A stretch of 64,000 bases of DNA from a virus (Duplodnaviria; Caudoviricetes): positions 1 to 64,000 of IMG/VR virus record IMGVR_UViG_3300016265_001297. One strand, 5' to 3'. Position 1 is the first letter of the stretch. Each line of letters begins with the position of its first letter. Positions 37,414-46,321 of this stretch are shown here, piece by piece. Under the pieces are notes generated by a model, which ran no database searches, was not told where the DNA came from, and saw nothing but the letters and a program-made list of their open reading frames with translations. A program made the translations under genes and the position numbers.

Positions 37414-38035
37414 TAACTTCTTTCTTTTTTAGATAATATCTTAATCCTAACCAAGTAGGCGCTAGATAGACATTGTTCAAGTCAGTCAGCGCTTGATTGT
37501 AACTATACCACAAACCAAAAGCAACTCTCGGCTTCTTGGAATGTTCTGTGGAGCCATTCCATTTTTTCCAAGTATAGTCAGATACAAAGTCAGCAATCGT
37601 GCTTGGCCTATCGTCAATAAGATATTGACAACTTCTGATCAGCGGAATCTTGTCTCCGCTAACACAAAGCATTTCTCCAAAAGGAAATCCTTCATCCTTT
37701 AGCCATTGCTGAGTTGCTTCATGACAACTTTCTTGCCTGCTTGAAATATATATAATCTCATGACCATTAGCAGAAAGCTCATTTAAAACCTCTGCTGAAT
37801 TTTCATACGGCCTTTGAGACAAAATAGCTTCATCTGAATGAACTCTATGAATAGCCTCCTTTGCAAACTCAACTCCTAATGAGTCTGTCAAGCTCCGCCA
37901 TTCGACAAAAGGCATGTAAGCGCCCTTTAAAATCTCTTTATCTTCATATTCAATTGCCATCTTGAAAAACTCTTCACGAATCTTGATATTGAAATCATAA
38001 AGAGTATCATCTATGTCAACTGCTACCTTAGCCAT
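37403..38035 (-). CDS. HAD-family 5'(3')-deoxyribonucleotidase
   Basis: VAVDIDDTLYDF, YISSR, LIDDRP. Confidence 0.85.
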   Translation of the reverse strand: MAKVAVDIDDTLYDFNIKIREEFFKMAIEYEDKEILKGAYMPFVEWRSLTDSLGVEFAKEAIHRVHSDEAILSQRPYENSAEVLNELSANGHEIIYISSRQESCHEATQQWLKDEGFPFGEMLCVSGDKIPLIRSCQYLIDDRPSTIADFVSDYTWKKWNGSTEHSKKPRVAFGLWYSYNQALTDLNNVYLAPTWLGLRYYLKKKEVIGE

Positions 38036-38639
38036 TTTTTAACTTAAAAACAATCCTTTCTGCAAATACACTTGCAATAGATTTTAATTCTTCAACACTG
38101 CCATTGTTTTCTACAACAAAGTCAATAAGCTCTTCTGATATTCCTCGCTCTGAGTCGTGATTATCATTGTTCGCTTCTGCTTTATTGTTTTGAATCTTAA
38201 CAACTATACCACCTTTGCTTTTAACTGACTCTGCCTCATTATCAAATCTGCAATCAGTAATAATAAGAACATCGGCATTTTGAAAGCTATTGTTCTGCCA
38301 AAAAGCGTCAATCCAAAAGTTTTCTCCAAACAATTCCCTATGTGCTTCTGTTCCATATCTTTGCAAAAATTCTCTGCCACTAATTGTATGAACTACTTTG
38401 CCATCAGCGTTTATAATCTGTAATTTATGTGCTTCTTTAAATGTATTTGCCCAAACCTCGTAAAATTTGTAATCTTCTTCTTCTGCAATCCCAAGCGATT
38501 CATAAGCAGATTCTTTCACAAACCTTGCCCAAGAACCTTCTTGGACTTTTATGCTATAGTTGTCTAACTCTTCCGCAATTAGCGAAGAAAAAGTATTTTT
38601 GCCGGAGCGCTTCGCTCCAGAAATACCAACGATAACCAT
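38028..38639 (-). CDS. deoxynucleoside monophosphate kinase
   Basis: GISGAKRSGKNT, REFLQRYGTE, IITDCRFDNE, HDSE. Confidence 0.9.
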   Translation of the reverse strand: MVIVGISGAKRSGKNTFSSLIAEELDNYSIKVQEGSWARFVKESAYESLGIAEEEDYKFYEVWANTFKEAHKLQIINADGKVVHTISGREFLQRYGTEAHRELFGENFWIDAFWQNNSFQNADVLIITDCRFDNEAESVKSKGGIVVKIQNNKAEANNDNHDSERGISEELIDFVVENNGSVEELKSIASVFAERIVFKLKNG

Positions 38640-38769
38640 GATGATGCTCTCCTTTCTTGGCTGTATTTAGAAAGATTGTATCACATAGGCTGTCGGTCAA
38701 AAAAAATTTTTTGGAATGCTGTTAACTTTGTTATAATGATATGGCAACCAAAGAAAGGAGTTTGCACTT

Positions 38770-40038
38770 ATGAAGAAAACTGAAAAGCTAGAAGGCCGCA
38801 AAGATGAAATCGCAAAGATGGTGCGTGAGAAAGGACAAGCACAAGCAGCCCGTCATTTTAATGTTTCACGCTCAACTTTTAGGGATTTCCTCTATAAGCA
38901 TGACCTTCCTACTAAAAAAGACGAAAAGCTTATTCAGGACGAAGTTTCAAAAACTGCTTCTGTTGATGACCCGCTAAGACTAGCGGTTGACAAGTTGCAG
39001 CTAGAGAATAAGACACTTAAAAAAGAAAATAGTGAATATTCAAAACTATTTGCGTCTAGGCAAATTTTCCTAGATCAAATCAGGGAAGTAATTTCTACAC
39101 CAGTAGAAACTTCCACATATAAGGTAGCCCATCAGAAAAGGGGCAGGCCGGAAGAATCATGTATTGTTCCCATTTTTGACCAGCAGTATGGTCAGCAAGT
39201 AACTAGGGAAGATACCCCCGGAGGAAGGGGAGAATACAATACTGAGATTTTCGATCAGCGCCTAGACAGATGGCTTGATGCCGCAACTGGCATTCTCGGC
39301 AAAAGAGCAAAGGGATATAACATTACAGAACTAATCATTCCTTTAGGTGGTGACCAAGTAGAAGGCGACGAAATTTTTGCTGGACAAGCTTGGCAGCTAC
39401 AGATTTCTCCGCCCGAACAAGTTTGGCAGCTTTCAGAAAAGATGAAAGTGGCTATTCAAAAGCTAATTAAATTTGCCAAAGAGGAAGTAGGCGTAGAATG
39501 GATTGCTCTATATGGAGTTGACGATAATCACGGCAAGGTAGGTGGTAAAAGGTCTGGTGCTAGACCAGCAGCCTATTCTTGGAATTGGCTATTCCAGCAA
39601 ATCCTTTTTGACAAGCTTGCTGGAGAACCAATTGATGAATTCGCGGCAGACCCCGGAGGTTCACTTTTCTTTTATTGTGCAGGCCATGAGTTTCAGCTAA
39701 TTCACGGCCACCAAATTAAGGGATGGGGAGGAATTCCTTATTATGGAATCAATAAATTCGAAAGTAAATCAATCAGGCTACATAATAGGGCTTATAAGTA
39801 TCTTCTTATGGGACATATTCATCAGCCTGCAGAAATCTCTAATGGAGCAGCCGAAGCAATTGTGTCTGGAGATTGGGTAGGCCCAAACAATCTTTCTGGT
39901 CAAATGGTGGCAGGCTCTAGGCCACAGCAGAAAGTTATTTTTGTGTCTGACCGATGGGGCGTTTCTAACACTGAAAGGATTTATTTCCAAGAGGCAGAAG
40001 AAGCGTTCGCAAAGACTCAAATTTTTGGTCAGCAGTAA
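38770..40038 (+). CDS. HTH + calcineurin-like metallophosphoesterase
   Basis: N-terminal QAQAARHFNVSRST HTH; DQQYG, GGDQVEG, DDNHG, IHGH, GHIH motifs; promoter TGTTATAAT at 38729-38737. Confidence 0.8.
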   Translation: MKKTEKLEGRKDEIAKMVREKGQAQAARHFNVSRSTFRDFLYKHDLPTKKDEKLIQDEVSKTASVDDPLRLAVDKLQLENKTLKKENSEYSKLFASRQIFLDQIREVISTPVETSTYKVAHQKRGRPEESCIVPIFDQQYGQQVTREDTPGGRGEYNTEIFDQRLDRWLDAATGILGKRAKGYNITELIIPLGGDQVEGDEIFAGQAWQLQISPPEQVWQLSEKMKVAIQKLIKFAKEEVGVEWIALYGVDDNHGKVGGKRSGARPAAYSWNWLFQQILFDKLAGEPIDEFAADPGGSLFFYCAGHEFQLIHGHQIKGWGGIPYYGINKFESKSIRLHNRAYKYLLMGHIHQPAEISNGAAEAIVSGDWVGPNNLSGQMVAGSRPQQKVIFVSDRWGVSNTERIYFQEAEEAFAKTQIFGQQ

Positions 40039-40063
40039 AAAAAATAATATAAATTAACCAATG

Positions 40064-40105
40064 AAAGCCTGCAACTGTTATACTATAGTTGTAGGCTTTT
40101 GTTTT
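40064..40105 (+). terminator. terminator hairpin with an extended -10 in its loop
   Basis: AAAGCCTGCAACT-GTTATACTAT-AGTTGTAGGCTTT then TGTTTT. Confidence 0.75.
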
Positions 40106-40116
40106 AAGGAGGAATA

Positions 40117-40782
40117 ATGGCTGAAAACGGAAGATTACCAAAAAGCAGCTTGTCAAGAATTTATCATCCGAATTACGATGTATATCTAGAGAAGGAAGCA
40201 GCAGCAGCATTTAACACACTTCGTTCTTGGTCTAAAAAATGGATGAAAGTTGATTTATATCCTACTGGTCCACGATCTGCTTACAGAAGCTATGAAGAGC
40301 AGCAATATTTTTGGAACCTTTACCAAAGTGGACAGGGAAATCTAGCAGCCTACCCCGGCACTTCTAATCACGGTTGGGGTAATGCTATTGATTTAGCAGC
40401 TTGGTCAATGAAAGTTATTTTAGATCGTTTTGGCGCAAGAGTAGGTTGGAAAAAGACCGAAGCGTTTAGCGAGTGGTGGCATTATAATTATGTAGGCGGA
40501 TTTGACAGGCCTAATCCCGGCCCTAGTGCTAGGTATCCAATTGCTAAAAGAGGGTCAGGAGGTTTTGGTCAAAAATGGTATGTAAAAAAACTAGAAAGGA
40601 GACTACGAAAACTAGGCTACAAAGTTAAGTCCGATGGAAACTTCGGAATTGTTACAAAGGGAGCAGTAGAAAACTTTCAAAAGAATAAAGGCCTAAAGGT
40701 TGACGGAATTGTTGGAAAGAAAACTTGGATGGCCTTAGAAAATGCTAACCCTAGAGCCTATAAGAAGAAATACAGAAAATGA
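40117..40782 (+). CDS. endolysin 1: M15 (D-Ala-D-Ala peptidase-type) domain + PG-binding domain
   Basis: YRSYEEQ, SNHGWGNAID, SEWWH; C-terminal DGNFG..TKGAVENFQ..KGLKVDGIVGKKTW. Confidence 0.9.
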   Translation: MAENGRLPKSSLSRIYHPNYDVYLEKEAAAAFNTLRSWSKKWMKVDLYPTGPRSAYRSYEEQQYFWNLYQSGQGNLAAYPGTSNHGWGNAIDLAAWSMKVILDRFGARVGWKKTEAFSEWWHYNYVGGFDRPNPGPSARYPIAKRGSGGFGQKWYVKKLERRLRKLGYKVKSDGNFGIVTKGAVENFQKNKGLKVDGIVGKKTWMALENANPRAYKKKYRK

Positions 40783-41480
40783 ATAATTTAAAATCAATTA
40801 GAAAACAGATTAGAAAGCTAAGGGCAAGGCGAGATAGACAGATTGCTCTTTATAAGCAGACTGCTAAAGCTGGTCACGGCAAAAAGGCGTTTAGTATCAG
40901 CAAAGAAATTAAACTTCTTAGGGGTAAACTATTAAGCTTGATTACGCCTAAAGATATTAGTCCAAAAGGAGTTAAGTTTATCTCTGATTGGGAAGGATTT
41001 TTGCCTAAGCCATATAATGACCCGGTTGGATATGCAACAGTTGGTTTTGGTTATCTTTTAGGATACCGGCCAGTTCTTCCAGCAGACAAAAAAGCTATTT
41101 GGGTAAAAGGACAAAAAATTCCCGGACAGCTAACCAAAAAAGAAGGAAGAGATTTGCTAGCAAGTCAGCTAAAGAAAATTTATGAGCCTACTGTTAAAAA
41201 GTTATTTAGTAAAGGTGGCCCTCTATATGGAAAGTTTACTCAGAATAGATATGACGCTTTAGTTAGCTTTGCATATAACTTAGGTCCGGCCTCTTTAACA
41301 GGCATTCCCGGCTTTGAAACAATGGGAAGAGCAATCAAGTCAGGGGATATACAGGCTATTGGTGACGCAATGCTTTTATACGATAAAGCTGGTGGACAAG
41401 CTCTGCTAGGCTTAACAAGAAGAAGAAAAGCTGAAAGAAGGGTATTTTTGGACGGAAACTACTCTATTGACGATATTTAA
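40779..41480 (+). CDS. endolysin 2: GH24 phage lysozyme
   Basis: WEGFLPKPYNDPVGYATVGFG, QNRYDALVSFAYNLG, GLTRRRKAE. Confidence 0.92.
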   Translation: MNNLKSIRKQIRKLRARRDRQIALYKQTAKAGHGKKAFSISKEIKLLRGKLLSLITPKDISPKGVKFISDWEGFLPKPYNDPVGYATVGFGYLLGYRPVLPADKKAIWVKGQKIPGQLTKKEGRDLLASQLKKIYEPTVKKLFSKGGPLYGKFTQNRYDALVSFAYNLGPASLTGIPGFETMGRAIKSGDIQAIGDAMLLYDKAGGQALLGLTRRRKAERRVFLDGNYSIDDI

Positions 41481-41489
41481 AGGAGGCAC

Positions 41490-41678
41490 ATGAAAGTATT
41501 AGAAAGAATTCCTTTAGCATCAGTAATTACAATCCTAACAACTGCAGGAGCTTTGTACGCTCTTATTGACGGACAGATTGACTTTATTGAATTTGCCGCT
41601 GTAGTTGGTGGAGTAAGCGCTGGTAGCGGAGTGCTAGGTATGGCTCGTAACGGCGCAGGTCACGGAGTTAGTAAGTAG
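41490..41678 (+). CDS. holin (probable)
   Basis: 62 aa, two TM segments, directly after the lysins. Confidence 0.65.
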   Translation: MKVLERIPLASVITILTTAGALYALIDGQIDFIEFAAVVGGVSAGSGVLGMARNGAGHGVSK

Positions 41679-41770
41679 GAGAATTTAAAAGAAAACGCTC
41701 TAGGCGGTTTTCGAAAGCTACTTAGGGGGTGGTCCAAAAAATAATAGCTCTAGAGCTATATAACACAAGA

Positions 41771-41795
41771 AGGCCCGAGTACATCGGGTCTTTTT
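41771..41795 (+). terminator. intrinsic terminator
   Basis: AGGCCCGA-GTACA-TCGGGTCT-TTTT. Confidence 0.8.
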
Positions 41796-41811
41796 GTTAT
41801 AAAATTTAATT

Positions 41812-42084
41812 ATGAAAAGAATATTAAAAAATTGCCCAAGATGTAATTCAAAACAATCTTTTGTCCAAAGAAAGAGAGATTGCGAAGACGGAACCTCTGA
41901 GCTTTACATAAAATGTTCCAAATGCTATTGGCTCAAAGTCACTAAAAAAGAAAATAGTAGTATAATGTTAGAAGAGGAACAAATTAACAAGTTAAAAAAG
42001 AAGTCTCAAAAAGTGCCTAGCTTAAAAAATATTATTTCTAAAAAAAGGAAAAAGATTGGAAAGATTAACAGAAAAGCAAACTAA
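41812..42084 (+). CDS. zinc-finger protein
   Basis: CPRC...CSKC, basic tail. Confidence 0.6.
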   Translation: MKRILKNCPRCNSKQSFVQRKRDCEDGTSELYIKCSKCYWLKVTKKENSSIMLEEEQINKLKKKSQKVPSLKNIISKKRKKIGKINRKAN

Positions 42085-42283
42085 ATATGTTGCTGAGTTG
42101 GCAGAAGGAAAGTCAACAAAGCAGATTGCTTTAGATAATTCTGTAAGCCATCACACAATTAGAAATACGCTTAGAAATGCTAGGCTGCGGCTTGATTGTC
42201 CTAACTCTATTAGTTTAGTTGCCACTGCTATTTGTGAAAATATGATAGTAAAAACAGAAAGCGGGTTTTCGCCTAATATTTGA
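42056..42283 (+). CDS. stand-alone LuxR/GerE-type HTH regulator
   Basis: LTEKQ...LAEGKSTKQIA...SHHTIRNTLRNARLRL. Confidence 0.8.
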   Translation: MERLTEKQTKYVAELAEGKSTKQIALDNSVSHHTIRNTLRNARLRLDCPNSISLVATAICENMIVKTESGFSPNI

Positions 42284-42474
42284 TGAAAGAAAGCATACTA
42301 AATTCAGAAGGGATGATTTGTCCGAGATGCGAAGAACGCTCAAACCTACTTGACTTTAAAAAACTTATGCAGGTAAATCAGGAGAAGTATAACACAGTTC
42401 CTATTTATAAATGTTCAAAATGCAGATATGTTTTTGCTCCCTTACCTGACCCGGTTGATTTTATCAATAGCTGA
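42280..42474 (+). CDS. zinc-ribbon protein
   Basis: CPRC...YKCSKC. Confidence 0.6.
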   Translation: MMKESILNSEGMICPRCEERSNLLDFKKLMQVNQEKYNTVPIYKCSKCRYVFAPLPDPVDFINS

Positions 42475-42544
42475 TATATACAAAATTAAAATTTTGTGGT
42501 ATTATTTATATTAAGTGTATATACCTTATTAGGAGATTATTACT

Positions 42545-44077
42545 TTGTCCGAAACAATTTTATTTGACCAAAATGAGAATGAATCAGATAACTCTTTGGG
42601 ATATGAGGTTTTTATGTCCGAAGGAGATACCATTGAAACAGAAGATGGTCTTATTTGGAAAGAAGTTTTAAGAGAGGGAACTTGGTCTTATAGGCCCGGT
42701 CCCGGCCATAAACCTCTAGCTAAACCACTAAGCATTGTAGCAGGGAACTCTACCAATGAAGATGAAATTGGTATGGCAGACCTTATTGACGCTTTTGAGG
42801 ATAACGCAATTGATCACATTACAGTACCAACTAGTCATGATGATAAGCCTCATGAAAATACTGGTTATGTAAGAAAGCTACAGCAGGGAGTTAGAAATGG
42901 CCGTAAAGTTTTGATGGCTGGCCTTGAATTTACAGAGCCTGACATTAAAGAAAAGGCTATTAGGGGTTCTATTGCTAATACTTCCGCAGGAATTATTGCA
43001 GGGTATATTAATAAGCTAACCGGAAAAACATATAAATATGCACTAGGCCATATTGCTTTAACAAATAAGCCGTGGATTAGTGGCATGACCCCTTTCGGAG
43101 CAAATTCTAACTTTTCAGAGGACAACATTATTCCAGTTGCTATTGAGCTTTCATCATACATGGATGGTGAAGATAGCCAAAGCGAAGAAGGAATGGCCGC
43201 AGAGTTTCTTGACGAGCTTCTAATGGCTTTTATGGACAAGGATTCAGAGAAACTAGCCGATATTTTCTCAGCATTTGAAGGCAAGTGGCCTTCTGCTTGG
43301 GATAGGCCAATTTCAGAAATGCTTTATGAGGGAAGGGAAGACGATTTGAATACGCTTAGAAAAATCGTAGATGAATTAAAGGGAGCTAAAAGCGAGACTT
43401 TTGATAAAGACTTTTTTGAGAGAATGCTTTCTAGCATGGATTTCTCAGAAGAAAATTTCGGGGAAAGCTCAGATAATGAGTCCCACGAAAACGAGGAAGA
43501 AGATGATTCTTCCGAAGATGAAGGCGCTGATTCAAGCGCTTCTAAAGACGATGAAGACAAAAAAGGAGGTAATGATATGTCTGAATCTTCAACCGAAAGC
43601 GTAGAGTCAGATAAGACTGAGCTTTCCGAAGATGTTACTACCGACCTTCTTAATGAGCATAAGGCCGAATTCTCAGAGCAGCTAGCCGAAAGGGACGCTG
43701 AGATTGAGAAACTACGGTCAGAAGTTCATGAGAACAAGGTTGATAAGAGCATTGAAGACCTAAAGGCATTGGGGTTCTCAGAGTTCCCCGGCTTCCTAAA
43801 GGCTGTTAGGGATATTTACCTAGCAGATGTTAAGGAAGCTAGCATTATCACTCTTTCAGAAGAGGATGGTTCAAGTGTTGAGCTATCAGCTTCTGAGATT
43901 GTAGATAGAATCATTAAGTCTCTCCCTACCGAAGAGCTATTTAAGCACTCTTTCTCAGATAACATTACCAGCATGGACGATCACGGTCGGCCCGATGTTG
44001 GTCTTTCTGATAATGAGCGTGGCGAGCGGTTGGCAGAGCATCTTGGCATTGAGTTGCCAAAGGATGGTGATAACTAA
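42545..44077 (+). CDS. capsid maturation protease-scaffold
   Basis: EVLREGTW...SHDD...TGYV...SAGI...HIALTNKPWI protease-like N-half, acidic/coiled-coil C-half, upstream of the capsid genes. Confidence 0.8.
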   Translation: MSETILFDQNENESDNSLGYEVFMSEGDTIETEDGLIWKEVLREGTWSYRPGPGHKPLAKPLSIVAGNSTNEDEIGMADLIDAFEDNAIDHITVPTSHDDKPHENTGYVRKLQQGVRNGRKVLMAGLEFTEPDIKEKAIRGSIANTSAGIIAGYINKLTGKTYKYALGHIALTNKPWISGMTPFGANSNFSEDNIIPVAIELSSYMDGEDSQSEEGMAAEFLDELLMAFMDKDSEKLADIFSAFEGKWPSAWDRPISEMLYEGREDDLNTLRKIVDELKGAKSETFDKDFFERMLSSMDFSEENFGESSDNESHENEEEDDSSEDEGADSSASKDDEDKKGGNDMSESSTESVESDKTELSEDVTTDLLNEHKAEFSEQLAERDAEIEKLRSEVHENKVDKSIEDLKALGFSEFPGFLKAVRDIYLADVKEASIITLSEEDGSSVELSASEIVDRIIKSLPTEELFKHSFSDNITSMDDHGRPDVGLSDNERGERLAEHLGIELPKDGDN

Positions 44078-44496
44078 TGGCTTGGAACATTCGTAAAGAA
44101 TCAAAGAGTGTTAAGAAGGAAATTCTAAAGTTTCCTGCTGGTCTTGACGCGCAAGAGTCAGTAGTTCTCCGAGCTTCTGGTGCGCCTACTGTTGCATCAG
44201 CAACTGTTGGTTATGCAGGCCAGAAGGGTTATCTAGCCGGAACAATTCTAAAGAAGGTTAACCCCGGCACAGACGATAGGGTAACTAAGTACAATGGTTC
44301 AGGAGATATTGTTGGTATTCTAGCTGACAATGTTTTCTTTGACGGTGAGACAACAGACTACGACGAGCCTATTAACATGTTCGTCCACGGCTGCGTCTTT
44401 AACAAGAATAACATCATTGACTACGCAACCTACGAGTCCGATCTTAAGAGCGATCTATACACTTGTCGCTTTGAAGATGTAAACACACAACAGTAA
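44077..44496 (+). CDS. head decoration protein
   Basis: AGTILKK...VGILA...VHG pattern, between scaffold and MCP. Confidence 0.7.
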   Translation: MAWNIRKESKSVKKEILKFPAGLDAQESVVLRASGAPTVASATVGYAGQKGYLAGTILKKVNPGTDDRVTKYNGSGDIVGILADNVFFDGETTDYDEPINMFVHGCVFNKNNIIDYATYESDLKSDLYTCRFEDVNTQQ

Positions 44497-44510
44497 GGAG
44501 TCTGATTTAT

Positions 44511-45569
44511 ATGTCATACGAGATTGATGTATTCGATCAGGCCGCTCTAACTGATGTAATCAATAGGTCATTCCAGTCACGCGAGGATGGTTCTCCGTCA
44601 GTTGGCGCTCAGATTGCGCCGCTACGCCCCGTCCAGTCACGCTCAGTGAAAGTGAACGGTCGAATCGTAAACGGTAACGGCCTCGGTCAGCTTCGTGCGC
44701 CGGGAGCCACACCACCGCTCTACGAGCCTACCGCTAGCTTCGAAGAGTCAGTGATTGAGCTTGCCCTACCAGACGAAATGCATCGCATTAACGAGGAAGA
44801 TTACTTGGCTCTAAGGTCTAACGATGTTAATTACAGGCGTAAGGCCGGAGTTGAGCTAGTAGAGCGGGTTGAGTCTCTAGTAGTAAGGAACATTAACCGT
44901 ACTGAAAAGATGCGGTGGGAAGCATTTAGTGGTGAAGTTACACTTGAGTACGCAAGTGGAGCTACACTAACTGTTGACTATGATGTTCCCGCAACAAACA
45001 AGCCGTCAGCTTCTGTTCCGTGGCAGAACACTGCCACATCAGACCCAATTGCTGACCTAAAGGCTTGGCAGAAACTAACTGCTAATGAGGTTGGCGCTTA
45101 TGGTACTAAGATTCACATGTCTTCTGAGGCATATGATCTTATGATCGCAAGCGACAAGCTAGTTCAGAAACTAACTGGTTCTGAGCGTCCACTATATGTT
45201 CCTACCCGGGATGATGTTCTTTCACTTCTCCGGGCCGGAACCGAAATCATCATTTATGATGGTGGTTGGAGGCCAGATGGCAGTTCCGACCGTGGAATTG
45301 ATGGTCTAAACCGATTCTTGCCAAAGGACAAGGTTCTAATCACTACTGATTACAGCCTTAACGGTCAGCGTATTGCTGATACTCCTGATGGTCAGGTCTT
45401 GGTTGGTAACAGTATTAACTCTGCACCAGTCATTCGACAGGGCGCACAGACTGAAATCATTTACGACCAGATTTCACATGAGCATCTAGTCCGTTACGCA
45501 TCAGCACGAATTGTAAGGCTTCATGAGCCGGGTGCTTTTGTTTACGCAGATGTTGGAACAGTAGTCTAA
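44511..45569 (+). CDS. major capsid protein (lambda E-like family)
   Basis: RTEKMRWEAFSG...VDYDVP...W...SDPIADLKAW; elevated GC/optimised codons. Confidence 0.88.
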   Translation: MSYEIDVFDQAALTDVINRSFQSREDGSPSVGAQIAPLRPVQSRSVKVNGRIVNGNGLGQLRAPGATPPLYEPTASFEESVIELALPDEMHRINEEDYLALRSNDVNYRRKAGVELVERVESLVVRNINRTEKMRWEAFSGEVTLEYASGATLTVDYDVPATNKPSASVPWQNTATSDPIADLKAWQKLTANEVGAYGTKIHMSSEAYDLMIASDKLVQKLTGSERPLYVPTRDDVLSLLRAGTEIIIYDGGWRPDGSSDRGIDGLNRFLPKDKVLITTDYSLNGQRIADTPDGQVLVGNSINSAPVIRQGAQTEIIYDQISHEHLVRYASARIVRLHEPGAFVYADVGTVV

Positions 45570-45579
45570 TATTGAATAA

Positions 45580-45849
45580 ATGGCTTTTGAAGTATTACAA
45601 GACGGAGCCACTATTCACACAGTAACTGATAGGGGCGGGGTTTCCGAAGATGGAAATCCCGTCCTAGTTACTGTTTCTGTAGTATGTAAAAAAGGAGATA
45701 TTCTTGAGGATAAAGAAATTTCTCCGGTTATTCTAGAGCTTTATGAGTCAGGCGATGAAAGAATTCGAAGCCTAATCAAGAAAAAAGAGCAAAAGAAGGC
45801 CACACCAAAAAGAAAACCAGCAGCTAAAAAAACAACTGCTGATAAATAA
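45580..45849 (+). CDS. small head-associated protein
   Basis: Follows MCP, Lys-rich tail. Confidence 0.5.
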   Translation: MAFEVLQDGATIHTVTDRGGVSEDGNPVLVTVSVVCKKGDILEDKEISPVILELYESGDERIRSLIKKKEQKKATPKRKPAAKKTTADK

Positions 45850-45996
45850 GTCATAAACAATCATTTGATTGTTTTTATTTAAAAGGCTAAATTATGGATA
45901 GATTTATTATTTGCAAACATAATATTGAAAAAAATAAACTATCGCAAAAGCCTTTTTATATTTTTAGTAAACGGCAACCTTGTTTAGAAGGTTAAA

Positions 45997-46305
45997 ATGC
46001 CATTTACTCCTAAAAACTGGAAAGACTTTCCAGATAAGTCAACACCTATAACAGCAGATTCACTTAAAGACTTAGAACAAAGAGTATATGACGCTGCAGC
46101 GGCTGACGGAGATAAGTTTTATCAGCATACTCAATCTACGCCTTCTGCTAGCTGGACTATTACTCATAACTTGGGTAAAAAACCAAGTGTTACTGTTGTT
46201 GACTCTGGTGGGACTGAATGGCAAACCGAAGTACAACACATAGATGAAAACCAATGCATTGCTAGATTCTCAGCACCTTTTTCTGGCAAAGCATATTTAA
46301 ACTAA
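45997..46305 (+). CDS. virion structural protein (THNLG repeat type)
   Basis: WTITHNLGKKPSVTVVDS. Confidence 0.6.
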   Translation: MPFTPKNWKDFPDKSTPITADSLKDLEQRVYDAAAADGDKFYQHTQSTPSASWTITHNLGKKPSVTVVDSGGTEWQTEVQHIDENQCIARFSAPFSGKAYLN

Positions 46306-46321
46306 AGGAGGTATTTAAGTT

